Assembly (NCBI GenBank): GCA_963774075.1
Contig: CAVZDP010000009.1
Span: forward strand, 171,103 to 235,102
Source of the DNA: an uncultured Solirubrobacterales bacterium
GTDB taxonomy: Bacteria > Actinomycetota > Thermoleophilia > Solirubrobacterales > JBBDJG01
DNA length: 64,000 nt
Reading direction: 5' to 3'
Shown: piece by piece, positions 37,902-46,767 of the stretch
How positions within the stretch are numbered: the stretch's first letter is position 1
How the letters are laid out: each line of letters begins with the position of its first letter
Notes under the pieces: model-generated
The model's input: the letters and a program-made list of their open reading frames with translations, nothing else
Database searches by the model: none
What the model was told of the DNA's origin: nothing
Made by a program: the position numbers and the translations under genes

Positions 37902-38333
37902 CCTGAGCGATCCTCAGTAATACGCAGCCAGTACCGCCTTTCCGCTTGGCGCGATAGGAGCGTTCCGTGTCTGACTCTTCAGGGCTCAAGCTTGTGGGAG
38001 AGATCGGTCAGTCGGTTCGGCGCCGTCCGCGGCAACCCGGATTAGATCCTCGACCGACAGCCGCCGAAGCCGTGTCGATATAGGCCGGGCTCAAGCGCGA
38101 GTATGAGCCTTTAACGCCAAGCCAACGCAGGGCTCTATAGACAGGAAGTCTCTGTCTCTAGCACCCTGGAGGGGACTGGTTAGGACAATCGATGCGGCCC
38201 ATATACGGCCCACGAAACGCCGGTGCTGATGACCCGCGATGCCGAAAGCGGGGCCCGCTCGGGATATGAAGCGTTTAACCGAAGCGGGCTCGCGCCCTGG
38301 CTCGATTGGCATCCCGATGTGGAGTACATCAAC

Positions 38334-39179
38334 TCAGGAAAGACTCCGACCACGGCGTTCACCGGAGCGCTTCTCGACGATGGTGAGCGCTTCGGCTTGC
38401 CGATCTGCAGCCTCCTGCAACGTCGCTCCGTGCCTGCGCGAGCGGCGCCATGCCGCCTGGGACAGCTTGTAGGCACGGTCGCGTGCGCCGTTGAGCCACC
38501 CGGCCGGTTCCATGCCGCCGCCTGTGTTCCAGGGGTTGAAGCGCAGCGCGTCCAGCTCGGCCGGGAGCCGCGCGCCGATCTTGAGCTTTGCGACCGGTCG
38601 GAACCGGCCTCGGATTGCCGCGACAGCGAGCTGGAAAGCGAGCCGGCCGCTCAATGCAGCGGCGTCGAGGCGTTCGAACTCGGTCTCACCGGCAGGGCGC
38701 GGCGAGTGGCGATCGGGCAGCGCTCCGACGAGAAAGAGATCGCGTCCGGCGCGGTACGGAAGCGACGACGTATAGGGCCGCTGCTGTACGTCGGTCGCGG
38801 GAAGAAAGATGTGGTGCAGGATCGGGTAGTCGGCCGAAGTGACGAGCAAGAAGTCCTGATGCCGGCCTTTGCCGTAGACGTCGAGCACTCGTATCGACAT
38901 CCCGAGCAGGTCGGGGATCGGGCGCGGCACGCCGACTGACCGCGAGAACCGCACGATCGCGCGGTGCTCGGCCGGCTCCGCTAGCAACCTCGACGTGCGA
39001 GGAGCAGTCGCCGCACCGGCGACAACGAGTCGAGCATCGTAGACGACACCGTCCGGGTGGACCGCTTTCCCGCGCCGAAGTCCGGCAACGGTCGCCAGCA
39101 CCCCTCCGAGGGCAAGACCCGCGACCTCTTCGAGCGAGCGCTCGCGCCGATTCTGGTTTCGAGGGTTCACAGACTGCAA
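38334..39179 (-). CDS. Hypothetical protein (281 aa)
   Basis: Protein-like composition. The VRFSRSVGVPRPIPDLLGMSIRV segment faintly resembles the catalase-core RFS...G motif. No confident family call. Confidence 0.5.
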   Translation of the reverse strand: MQSVNPRNQNRRERSLEEVAGLALGGVLATVAGLRRGKAVHPDGVVYDARLVVAGAATAPRTSRLLAEPAEHRAIVRFSRSVGVPRPIPDLLGMSIRVLDVYGKGRHQDFLLVTSADYPILHHIFLPATDVQQRPYTSSLPYRAGRDLFLVGALPDRHSPRPAGETEFERLDAAALSGRLAFQLAVAAIRGRFRPVAKLKIGARLPAELDALRFNPWNTGGGMEPAGWLNGARDRAYKLSQAAWRRSRRHGATLQEAADRQAEALTIVEKRSGERRGRSLS

Positions 39180-39461
39180 TTACCCGGTTGGAGCGGAGTA
39201 ATTCCGACGACCTTGCCTTCGACGTGAAAGCGAGCGAAGTGATGGCTGGGCTTGGGATGTGGTCCGATGATGTCCGCCAGCGCCGGGTCCCGCTCGGATT
39301 CGTCCTTGACGAAGGCGGCGAAGTCCTCGGTGTGCTGCTTCGTCCCCGCTCGCTCGCCTCGTGCTCCTTGTGGTGGGTTCCTTTACGGGCGTTCACCCCG
39401 GTGACAGCTCGGCGCCGGAGTAGGCGCGCCTCCGTCTCTAGCGCTACTACTCCGTGCGGCA

Positions 39462-40055
39462 TTACTGCCTGCGATGCTCGTCGATCAAGCGGCGCGCCAT
39501 CGATTTGGCTCGCTGCGCCGCTTCGGAGTCGCCCTCGGCGGCTGAGACGATCGAGCCTTTCATCAGGATGTGCCAGGAGCGGGCGAACGAATCTGGATCT
39601 CGCAGGCCTGCCTCTTCGGCCAGGCGCCCCACGATCGAGCGTATGTTCTCGAGGTGCTGGATGCTCGCCCTACCAGCCTGGTGTTCGGGACCCATCTCCA
39701 GCAGGACATTGATGAACGAGCACGCCTCGAAGTCGTCCCGGCGAAACCAGCCGTCGAAGGCGTCGAAGATCGCAAGCAGCTGCTCCTCCGGGGTGGAACC
39801 ACCTCGTCTGGCCTCTGCTTCGACCCAGTCGAGGGTCCACAGCCGCTCGCGCCGCTCCAGGAAGGCGAGCACCAGCTCGTCTTTTGAAGGAAAGTGCCGA
39901 TAGAGAGTCGCCTTGGCGACGCCGGCGCGCTCGATCACCTCGTCGACGCCGACACCTCGCACGCCGCGGCGCGAGAAAAGCTCATAGGCGGTGTCAAGAA
40001 TCCGCTCGCGAGCCTCAGGTTCGACACGGCCGATGGTTTCAAGGCTTTGTGTCAT
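39462..40055 (-). CDS. TetR family transcriptional regulator (paralog of 45256..45891)
   Basis: HTH GVDEVIERAGVAKATLYRHFPSKDEL. Divergent from promoter-operator copy 2. Confidence 0.85.
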   Translation of the reverse strand: MTQSLETIGRVEPEARERILDTAYELFSRRGVRGVGVDEVIERAGVAKATLYRHFPSKDELVLAFLERRERLWTLDWVEAEARRGGSTPEEQLLAIFDAFDGWFRRDDFEACSFINVLLEMGPEHQAGRASIQHLENIRSIVGRLAEEAGLRDPDSFARSWHILMKGSIVSAAEGDSEAAQRAKSMARRLIDEHRRQ

Positions 40056-40074
40056 GGATACAAGTGTAGTTCAG

Positions 40075-40103
40075 TTGACAGACAAGTCTGTCTCTGATAG
40101 AAA
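40075..40103 (+). promoter_or_regulatory. Promoter-operator module copy 2
   Basis: TTGACAGACAAGTCTGTCTCTGATAGAAA. -35 at 40075-40080, 17-nt spacer, -10 at 40098-40103. Palindrome at 40077-40092. Sits between the TetR gene and the SRPBCC gene. Confidence 0.6.
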
Positions 40104-40155
40104 GACCGTTCTGTTCAGGGAAGAACCTCCAACGACAAACCATCGAGGAGGAGCC

Positions 40156-40620
40156 ATGTCGAAAATCGAGGAGTCGATCGAGATCGGGGTGCCAGTCAGG
40201 GCAGCCTACAACCAGTGGACGCAGTTCGAGGAGTTCCCACGATTCATGGAGGGCGTCGATGAAGTTCGTCAACTCGATGACACACACCTCCACTGGAAGG
40301 CCGAGATGTGGGGAAAGGTCAAGGAGTGGGACGCCGAGATCAGCGAGCAGCGCCCGGACGAGCGCGTGGCGTGGACGGCCACCGAGGGCGCGAGGAACGC
40401 AGGGGTCGTCACGTTCCACAAAATCGACGAGAACAAGAGCCGCGTGATGCTCCAGCTCGACGTCGAGCCCGACGGACCGGCGGAGAGCGTCGGCGACGCC
40501 CTCGGCGTCGTGAAGCGGCGCGTGAAGGGCGATCTCGAGCGCTTCAAGGAGTTCATCGAAGGCCACGGCAGAGAGACCGGTGCGTGGCGGGGCGAGGTCG
40601 ACCGAGGCCAGGCCACGTGA
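40156..40620 (+). CDS. SRPBCC (cyclase/dehydrase-like) family protein
   Basis: ATG at 40156 after a GGAGGAG RBS. IEIGVPVRAAYNQWTQFEEFPRFMEGV is typical of COG5637-type SRPBCC proteins. Confidence 0.8.
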   Translation: MSKIEESIEIGVPVRAAYNQWTQFEEFPRFMEGVDEVRQLDDTHLHWKAEMWGKVKEWDAEISEQRPDERVAWTATEGARNAGVVTFHKIDENKSRVMLQLDVEPDGPAESVGDALGVVKRRVKGDLERFKEFIEGHGRETGAWRGEVDRGQAT

Positions 40621-40794
40621 GGGAGGAGTCCAGTCCGCCCCGCTTTATGCGCTGATTGTAGGCGCGGCGCCGCTATTCGCGGGCATCGTGGGTTTCTTTT
40701 ACGAGGCGGCGTGCGCCCACGTGTCGCAAACAGCCACAGGCACTCCTGGAGAGATGGGGCGGCAATGCCAGCTCAGATGCGAGGGGATGTGCGG

Positions 40795-41709
40795 GTGAGC
40801 CGAACGGCCCTCGTCACAGGCGCGACCGGCTTCGTCGGCGGGAGGCTGGCCGAGCGGCTAGCCGGACGCGGCTGGGGCGTCCGCTGCATGGTCCGCAGCC
40901 GCGAGCGGGCGAGGCATCTCGCAGGAGCCGGCTTCGACCTGCACGAAGGCGATGCGCTCAAGCCCGACTCCCTCCGAGGGATGGGCGAAGGAGTGGACGT
41001 CGCCTACTACCTTATCCATGCGATGGGCCGTGGAGGCGACGCCTCCTTCGAGGACCGCGAGCGTTTGGCCGCCGAGGGGTTCGGGCGAGTGGCGAAAGAG
41101 GAGGGGGTCGCGCGCGTCGTCTATCTGGGCGGCCTGGGCGACAACCCGAAGTCCAAGCACCTTCGCAGCCGTCATCGGACCGCTCTTCTCCTGGAGGCGG
41201 CCGGTCCGCCACTCACCTACTTCCGCGCGGGCATGGTCGTGGGGGCGCGCAGCGAGTCTTATCGCACGCTTCGCTACCTGGTCCAGCGACTGCCGGCGAT
41301 GATCGCCCCGGCTTGGCTTCGCAACGAGACCCAACCAATAGGGGTCGACGACGTGCTCGACTACCTCGCTGCGGCGCCGGACGTCCAGCAGGCGAAAGGC
41401 CGCGAGATCCAGATCGGCGGTCCCGACGTCGTCACCTATGGCGAGATGCTCCATCTCATGGCCGAAGCGCTCCACAAGAGGCGCCGCCCCCAGATACCAG
41501 TGCCGTTGCTTACGCCGTGGCTCTCGTCTCTTTGGATCGGCCTCGTGACGCCAGTGGACGCCGCGGTAGCACGGCCCCTCATCGAGGGGCTTTCCGGAGA
41601 TACGGTCGTGACCGACCCCTCGGACGCCGCACTCTTTGACATCCGGCCCGAGGGTTTCGGCAAGGCGCTCGAGAAGGCGATCGCCGAGGATCCCGACCTG
41701 CAGAGCTGA
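40795..41709 (+). CDS. NAD(P)H-binding atypical SDR / NmrA-like protein
   Basis: Rossmann motif VTGATGFVGGRL close to the N-terminus. The GTG at 40795 is preferred, with GAGGGG upstream. The ORF is open from 40711 and ATG 40765 is an alternative start. Confidence 0.75.
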   Translation: MSRTALVTGATGFVGGRLAERLAGRGWGVRCMVRSRERARHLAGAGFDLHEGDALKPDSLRGMGEGVDVAYYLIHAMGRGGDASFEDRERLAAEGFGRVAKEEGVARVVYLGGLGDNPKSKHLRSRHRTALLLEAAGPPLTYFRAGMVVGARSESYRTLRYLVQRLPAMIAPAWLRNETQPIGVDDVLDYLAAAPDVQQAKGREIQIGGPDVVTYGEMLHLMAEALHKRRRPQIPVPLLTPWLSSLWIGLVTPVDAAVARPLIEGLSGDTVVTDPSDAALFDIRPEGFGKALEKAIAEDPDLQS

Positions 41710-41997
41710 ACTCAGCGCTCAGTAAGAGCGCGAGCCGCCAGGGGTGTGCGGACTCCGCCCTATGACTTCCGACAGGCCCCATCATGCGGCGTCGTCCGGT
41801 TCGGTTGAAGTCGGCGCTTCGCTACGCGCCGTCGTGTGACGACAGGCATGGCCCTGCTCGCCCTGGCCTTATCGGCTCGCGGGTTCGAGGCGTAAGTCGC
41901 TCGCGCACCTTCCGCTCGATCTTCTCGATCCGCGCGGTCGTCGCCCGCGCCGTCTGGGCATGGCTCGGCCACGGGATTGCGCTTCATCACGGCGAGC

Positions 41998-42045
41998 GGG
42001 GGCAGGGAGGACTCGAACCCCCGACTATCTGGTTTTGGAGACAAG
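41998..42045 (-). other. tRNA 3'-half-like fragment (anticodon arm with CCA/Trp-type loop, T-arm, 3' acceptor strand), possibly an att-site remnant
   Basis: Minus strand reads CTTGT-CTCCAAA-ACCAG ATAGTC GGGGG-TTCGAGT-CCTCC CTGCCCC. No matching 5' acceptor strand or D-arm lies upstream, so it is not a functional tRNA. Confidence 0.4.
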
Positions 42046-42130
42046 TACGTCCGTCAGCCATCCGGCTTTACAAAGCGAAATTTCCGATGACTAATCGCCC
42101 GTGGGCACACGAGCGGGTTCGCTCGAATCA

Positions 42131-42424
42131 CGTTACGCGCCGAGGACTCGATCTCGAATGCCAGCAGCTCGTCACGTGAGACTCGGAACTCGATCTGCCC
42201 GCCTCGAGATGTCCGTCCAACGTTCCCAAGCGAAAGGACGTCCGAGTGCGATCCATGACTCGAGCCGGGCCGTCCCAGGGACCAGGCATGCGCACCACAA
42301 ATTCGTCGGCCCCGCCAGTGAGTCCATTTCCACCAACCTTCTCGAAAAGCTCGGTGCCGGCCAAGACGCTCACGACTGCTTGCCGCAGCCGCCGGCTGGC
42401 CGGCGGGCATGCTTCTGCGGGGGG
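42131..42424 (-). pseudogene. DUF1990 family fragment with a frameshift
   Basis: FVVRMPGPWDGPARVMDRTRTSFRLGTLDGHLEAG (ORF 42128..42571) continues as QIEFRVSRDELLAFEIESSARN in another frame (ORF 42054..42410). Homologous to 49539..50294. Confidence 0.5.
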
Positions 42425-42696
42425 ATGCTCATCGCATACCCGAGCGACCCTTGGGGTAGGCATGACAGAATGCTGACCAAGACGATGCATAAAGCCGGTG
42501 TGTGCGGCTAACAGATGCATGCCTTGTCGTTGGGTTCCGTTGGTCTCGCTGGGTTCCGTTGGTCTTTGCATCCGGCTCTGGCTCCGGGCGAAGACGGTGG
42601 ATCAGGACGAACGCAGCAACGCCGAGCGCAGGGCACTGTTCGTAGGATTGTGGGCTCCGACTTCTGGCAGATCGGGGACTCGCTCGAGCGCCACCA

Positions 42697-43329
42697 TTGA
42701 GCTCCGGCCCCGGAATGCAGCTCTTGTCGATGTCCGATGAGGCCATCCTCGAACCGGGGGTGGGGGTTCGCTCGATTCAGCAGGCCGAGTATTGCATCAG
42801 TGCGGCGGCGCTCGATAAAAGATGGTGTCCGGAGGGTCTCGCGTGTTTGGCAAGACAGTACTGGCGTCCGGTAACCCAGCGCTCGGGGCGCCTCCTGCGG
42901 TTGCTTGGCACGGATCAGGGTCCACGGCTGGTGTTGGGCGTGGCCTCTCTGGCGCTGATTCGCTTCGATCGACCTCGTTACTTCCTCGGACACGACAACG
43001 GCGAAGTGAGCTGGTCAATCAACACGGGGCTGCTGGTGTCCGCGGCTCCGGTGCCCGACCGGGGGGTCCTGCGCGTCATGGTTCAACGTCGGCAGAGCGC
43101 TCGCAGTCCCGACGTCGCGCTGCTGCATCTCACGGTGGAGGTCGAGGGCTTTCAGCCGCGGCTACGGAGCAGAGGTCGCTTCGCGCGCGTGGGTACTTGG
43201 GTTTACCGACACACTCAGCTTCGGCTACACGCGTGGCAGGCACGAGCGTTCATGCGGTCGCTCGCACAGAGGCCGCCCGCCGCCTCTGAATTCTCTAAAC
43301 CGGAGATCCTCAGACTGGGCAACGCTTAG
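42697..43329 (+). CDS. Hypothetical protein (start uncertain)
   Basis: 210-aa ORF with acceptable composition. The C-terminal TWVYRHTQLRLHAWQARAFMRSLA pattern is reminiscent of DUF2867-type tails. No firm family call. Confidence 0.4.
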   Translation: MSSGPGMQLLSMSDEAILEPGVGVRSIQQAEYCISAAALDKRWCPEGLACLARQYWRPVTQRSGRLLRLLGTDQGPRLVLGVASLALIRFDRPRYFLGHDNGEVSWSINTGLLVSAAPVPDRGVLRVMVQRRQSARSPDVALLHLTVEVEGFQPRLRSRGRFARVGTWVYRHTQLRLHAWQARAFMRSLAQRPPAASEFSKPEILRLGNA

Positions 43330-43367
43330 ACAACACGAAATCAGTGCGAGTCCGACTCCGGCATCAC

Positions 43368-44318
43368 TCATTTCACTTCGGCGATGCCCCGCTCGGCAAG
43401 CTGCTCGCGCAGCCGTAGCAACGCAATGTCCTTCGCCTTCGCCTCGAGCACCACGTCGAACTCGAGACCGCTTGCGGTCGTGCGCAAGAACTGCTCGAAG
43501 GCGATCGGATCGATCATGTCGGCGTGCGCACGTAGTTGGGGGAGGACGAGCGACCGCTCCACCCGCCGCCCCTTGCGGCGTACCCGCTCAGTCGTCGCCG
43601 TCTTTGGCGTCGAATAGTGGATCTTCGGAGTCACGCCGGCCGGCCAAGTCGCCAGCGCAAGCTTGAGCGCCTCACGATCGGGAATCCCAGCTGGATCGTG
43701 ACAGTGATGGTGAAGGACGTCCCAAACCACCGGTAACCCCGTGCGCTCCGAGATCTTCAGCACATGGACGAGCGCATAGCAGCGATCGTCGTTCTCGATC
43801 ACGAGGCGAGCACGGGCCCTCTCCGAGAGCGCGTCGGCCGAATCTACAAAGCGCTCGATGCCAGCGTCGGGACCGCCAGCCATGCTGCCGACGTGAAGGA
43901 CGACGACGGCTTCGGCTTGCAATCCGAAGCCGTCGAGCACGCGAGCCTGCAGCTCGAGATCGCGCAAGGCCGCAGCACGAACGTGTTCCGACTCGGAGTT
44001 CAAGACCACGTACTGGCCGGGGTGGAAAGACAGACGCAAGTCGAACGCGCGTGCCCTCTCGCCTAGCTGCGCGAGACGCTCTGCACATTCCTCCAGCTGG
44101 CCGTGGAACTGGGGGAGATCGGGATGGGTCCCGTAGGGGACGAGCGACGAGCTCATCCGGTACATGGAGATCGCGTTGCGCTCGAGGTAGTCGAAGATGC
44201 GGTCGAGACGCCCGAGCGAGATAGTGAGATGTGGCCCCGACTGCCAGCGACGAGCGTCGTGAGAGGGCAACCCTCCGTCGCCCAGCACCTTGACAGCAAA
44301 GCCCAGTCGATGCCTCAT
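43368..44318 (-). CDS. uvsE: UV damage endonuclease (UvdE/UvsE)
   Basis: 316-aa ORF. RLGFAVKVLG..., MYRMSSSLVPYGTHPD, FHPGQYVVLNS and IENDDR are all characteristic of UvdE. Confidence 0.85.
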   Translation of the reverse strand: MRHRLGFAVKVLGDGGLPSHDARRWQSGPHLTISLGRLDRIFDYLERNAISMYRMSSSLVPYGTHPDLPQFHGQLEECAERLAQLGERARAFDLRLSFHPGQYVVLNSESEHVRAAALRDLELQARVLDGFGLQAEAVVVLHVGSMAGGPDAGIERFVDSADALSERARARLVIENDDRCYALVHVLKISERTGLPVVWDVLHHHCHDPAGIPDREALKLALATWPAGVTPKIHYSTPKTATTERVRRKGRRVERSLVLPQLRAHADMIDPIAFEQFLRTTASGLEFDVVLEAKAKDIALLRLREQLAERGIAEVK

Positions 44319-44465
44319 GCAGCTTTCGCTACCCTGCGTCGCCGTTTCCGCCCCAGTGGTTCGAGCCGGACCAGCTCGGGCCGGGAAGGCGAGAGAAAAG
44401 TCTGATCACCCAGGTAGGTTGCCGACTCGCGCCGACCAGACGTGGCCGAGCGGTTGTCTGAAGTC

Positions 44466-44915
44466 TCAGGCTTTTGTCGTCCGGGCTCTAGTGGCTCCGC
44501 GAGATAGCGCGACGCCCAATGTCAGCATGCCGACGCCCAATGCGAAGTGGAGCCAGTTGTCCGCATTATTAAGAGGAACGAAGTTGGCGCCACTATCCCG
44601 TTCGATCACCAATCCGTAGATCCACAGCAGCAGGTAGATGGCTCCGCCGCCAACTAGAAAGAGACGAGATTCGTCCGCGGTCCTTGCCAACGAGAGCCCC
44701 GCGACACCGAAAAGAATGTGGACCAGATTGTGGAGGACGCTCACCTGGAAAACGCCGAGAAGCTCCGCGTCTCCATCGTGGCCAGCGAAATCCAGCCCAT
44801 CGTAGAGATTGGTAGTGATCCCGGGAATGAAGCCGACAATGCCAACGAGCAGGAAGGTCAAGCCGACGAGCAGGGCGGCGGTTTGAATCAGAGGACGGCC
44901 AGGGCGCGCGGTCAC
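44466..44915 (-). CDS. DUF4383 family membrane protein
   Basis: Four hydrophobic helices. LVGIVGFIPG...NLVHILFG...NWLHFALG pattern. Confidence 0.8.
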   Translation of the reverse strand: MTARPGRPLIQTAALLVGLTFLLVGIVGFIPGITTNLYDGLDFAGHDGDAELLGVFQVSVLHNLVHILFGVAGLSLARTADESRLFLVGGGAIYLLLWIYGLVIERDSGANFVPLNNADNWLHFALGVGMLTLGVALSRGATRARTTKA

Positions 44916-45255
44916 GTGTACGTCCTTCCCGCATTTTATCTACCTAAACCGCAGCCTTCCGTCCTATCCGCCCCCGAGGCTCCTCCCGTTGTAAGCCACT
45001 ATTTCTCCTAGTCAGCTGTATCACCTTGGAGGGCCTGCCAGCCGCGCTGGCAGCGCGCGAGCAGGCGCAGCTCGCTCTCGATCGGAGCATCTGACGGTCG
45101 ATGGCATCGACGATCGCATCGCGTGCAAATCCGCTCGATCGCGGCGGACGGGGCCGCCTGACCCTGGACCTTCAAGTCTGCGGCTGGCGTAGGTGCGAGT
45201 GTCGCGAGGTCAAGGTGGTCGAGTGCCCTCGCGCGAGGCGACGCACGTAGGTGCG

Positions 45256-45891
45256 CTACGGCGAGGAGGAAGAAGCCGGTTGTGACCCAGTTTGGCGGTG
45301 GCGGTCGATCAGGTCTCGGGCCATGGCCTTGGCGCGCTGGGCGGCGTAGGGGTCGCCCTCCGCCGCTGCAACGATCGAGCCCTTCACGAGGATGTGCCAG
45401 GAGTGGGCGAAGGCATCTGTGTCGCGCAGGTCGGCCGTCTCGGCCAGTTGGCGCACAATCGATTTGATGTATTCGACGTGGCGGACGCTGGCGCGGCCAG
45501 CGGCGTGGTCGGCGCCCATTTCTATCAGCGCGTTAAAGAACAGGTACGCGTCGAAGTCCCTGTCGCGGAACCGCTCGTCAAAGGTCTCGAAAATCGCCAG
45601 CAGCCTTTCTTCGGGTCCGGCGTCACCGTTCCGGGCCTGGGCCTCGTAGATGTCGTGGGTCCAATGCTGTTGGCGCCGCTCTAGGAACGCGAGGACGAGG
45701 TCATCTTTGGAGTGGAAGTGGCGATAGAGCGTCGCCTTCGCGACGCCGGCGCGCTCGATCACCTCCTCGACGCCCACGGCGCGAATACCGCGTCGGGAAA
45801 ACAATTCGTACGCAGCGTCTAGGAGTCGCTCGCGCGGGCTGCGGCGCAGGCCGTCGTCGGTCGGCGAGGTCCCCGTCGTCGAGTCGGCCAC
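45256..45891 (-). CDS. TetR family transcriptional regulator (paralog of 39462..40055)
   Basis: GVEEVIERAGVAKATLYRHFHSKDDL. Collinear similarity to the 39462 protein over the full length. Confidence 0.85.
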   Translation of the reverse strand: MADSTTGTSPTDDGLRRSPRERLLDAAYELFSRRGIRAVGVEEVIERAGVAKATLYRHFHSKDDLVLAFLERRQQHWTHDIYEAQARNGDAGPEERLLAIFETFDERFRDRDFDAYLFFNALIEMGADHAAGRASVRHVEYIKSIVRQLAETADLRDTDAFAHSWHILVKGSIVAAAEGDPYAAQRAKAMARDLIDRHRQTGSQPASSSSP

Positions 45892-45913
45892 GATAACCCC
45901 TAACTATTCCTGA

Positions 45914-46126
45914 CTACCGGCGCTTCGCCGGCTGCGCCGCGACGACCGCGCCGGACGGTCGTTCGCTTTGTCTTGCGATGCTCGAGCAATCGAGCAGCTC
46001 GTCGATGCCGACACCGCGGACGCCGCGGTGCGCGAACAGTACGTAGGTGGTTTCAAGGATGTGCACGCGAGCTCCGAGTCGCCTGCCGCGCCCGGCTTCA
46101 ACCGTAGTTGCCATCGCACCCAGCAT
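45914..46126 (-). pseudogene. Truncated TetR N-terminal (HTH) fragment
   Basis: 70-aa ORF. ILETTYVLFAHRGVRGVGIDELLD then loses homology. Sits between operator copy 3 and the intact TetR gene. Confidence 0.5.
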
Positions 46127-46136
46127 ACACCCCCCC

Positions 46137-46165
46137 TTGACAGACCGGTCTGTCTTTGGTAGAAA
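46137..46165 (+). promoter_or_regulatory. Promoter-operator module copy 3
   Basis: TTGACAGACCGGTCTGTCTTTGGTAGAAA. -35 at 46137-46142, 17-nt spacer, -10 at 46160-46165. Palindrome at 46139-46154. Faces the STAS/stress cluster. Confidence 0.6.
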
Positions 46166-46255
46166 GACCGTTCTTTACCGGTACGTGGAAACAGACTGAG
46201 CTTGGCGTCCAGTCTGAAGACCGCCCTTTCGCCAGTCCAAGGGAGGAGCTTGAGT

Positions 46256-46714
46256 TTGAGACATAGAACAGTGCAGTCCTTCGGCGATTCGAAGGTGATC
46301 CCACCCGAAGACAGCGGCCGCCCGCAGCCGCCCGACCGCTCCGATATCCCCTATCGCGAACAACAGGCGCCGCTCCTCGATGTCAGGGTCGAGCGCACAG
46401 ACTCTCTGACGTACGTCGAGCTGCGTGGCGAGCTCGACCTGAGCTGCGAGGACCAGTTCGGCGATTCCGTGGACACGGTCCAGTCCGGCCGGCTCGTGCT
46501 CGACCTCCGGGCCCTGACGTTCATCGACGCGGCGGGACTTAGGATGATCCTCCGGACGTGGCAGCGCTCACGCGAAGAAGGGTTCGCTCTGGAGATCGTG
46601 GGGGGGCGCGATCAGGTCGAGAAGGTCTTTCGAATCACGGGCCTCGACCGCACGCTCCCGATGGCCGATCAGATCTCACTGAATGGTGGCTCGCAACACT
46701 CCAACAGTCACTGA
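46256..46714 (+). CDS. STAS domain protein (anti-sigma-factor antagonist-like)
   Basis: LTYVELRGELDLSCEDQF...LVLDLRALTFIDAAGLRMIL...VFRITGLDRTLP. Start is uncertain: the ORF is open from 46202, and TTG at 46256 follows GGGAGGAG. Confidence 0.7.
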   Translation: MRHRTVQSFGDSKVIPPEDSGRPQPPDRSDIPYREQQAPLLDVRVERTDSLTYVELRGELDLSCEDQFGDSVDTVQSGRLVLDLRALTFIDAAGLRMILRTWQRSREEGFALEIVGGRDQVEKVFRITGLDRTLPMADQISLNGGSQHSNSH

Positions 46715-46767
46715 AGACGACCGGTCACTTGAAAAACCAACAATTCACTGCGAAAGAAGAAGGTGAA

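Noticed and set aside
38119-38142. Fourth copy of the TetR promoter-operator module
   Set aside because: Only the AGACAG...GTCT.TGTCT core is retained. The -35 and -10 hexamers are lost and no gene follows. Mentioned under the regulon finding as a decayed relative, not annotated as functional.
45035-45053. 8-bp stem / 3-nt loop hairpin CTGCCAGC-cgc-GCTGGCAG as a terminator
   Set aside because: No U-tract on either strand. It lies 200 nt from the nearest stop codon. There is insufficient support to annotate it.
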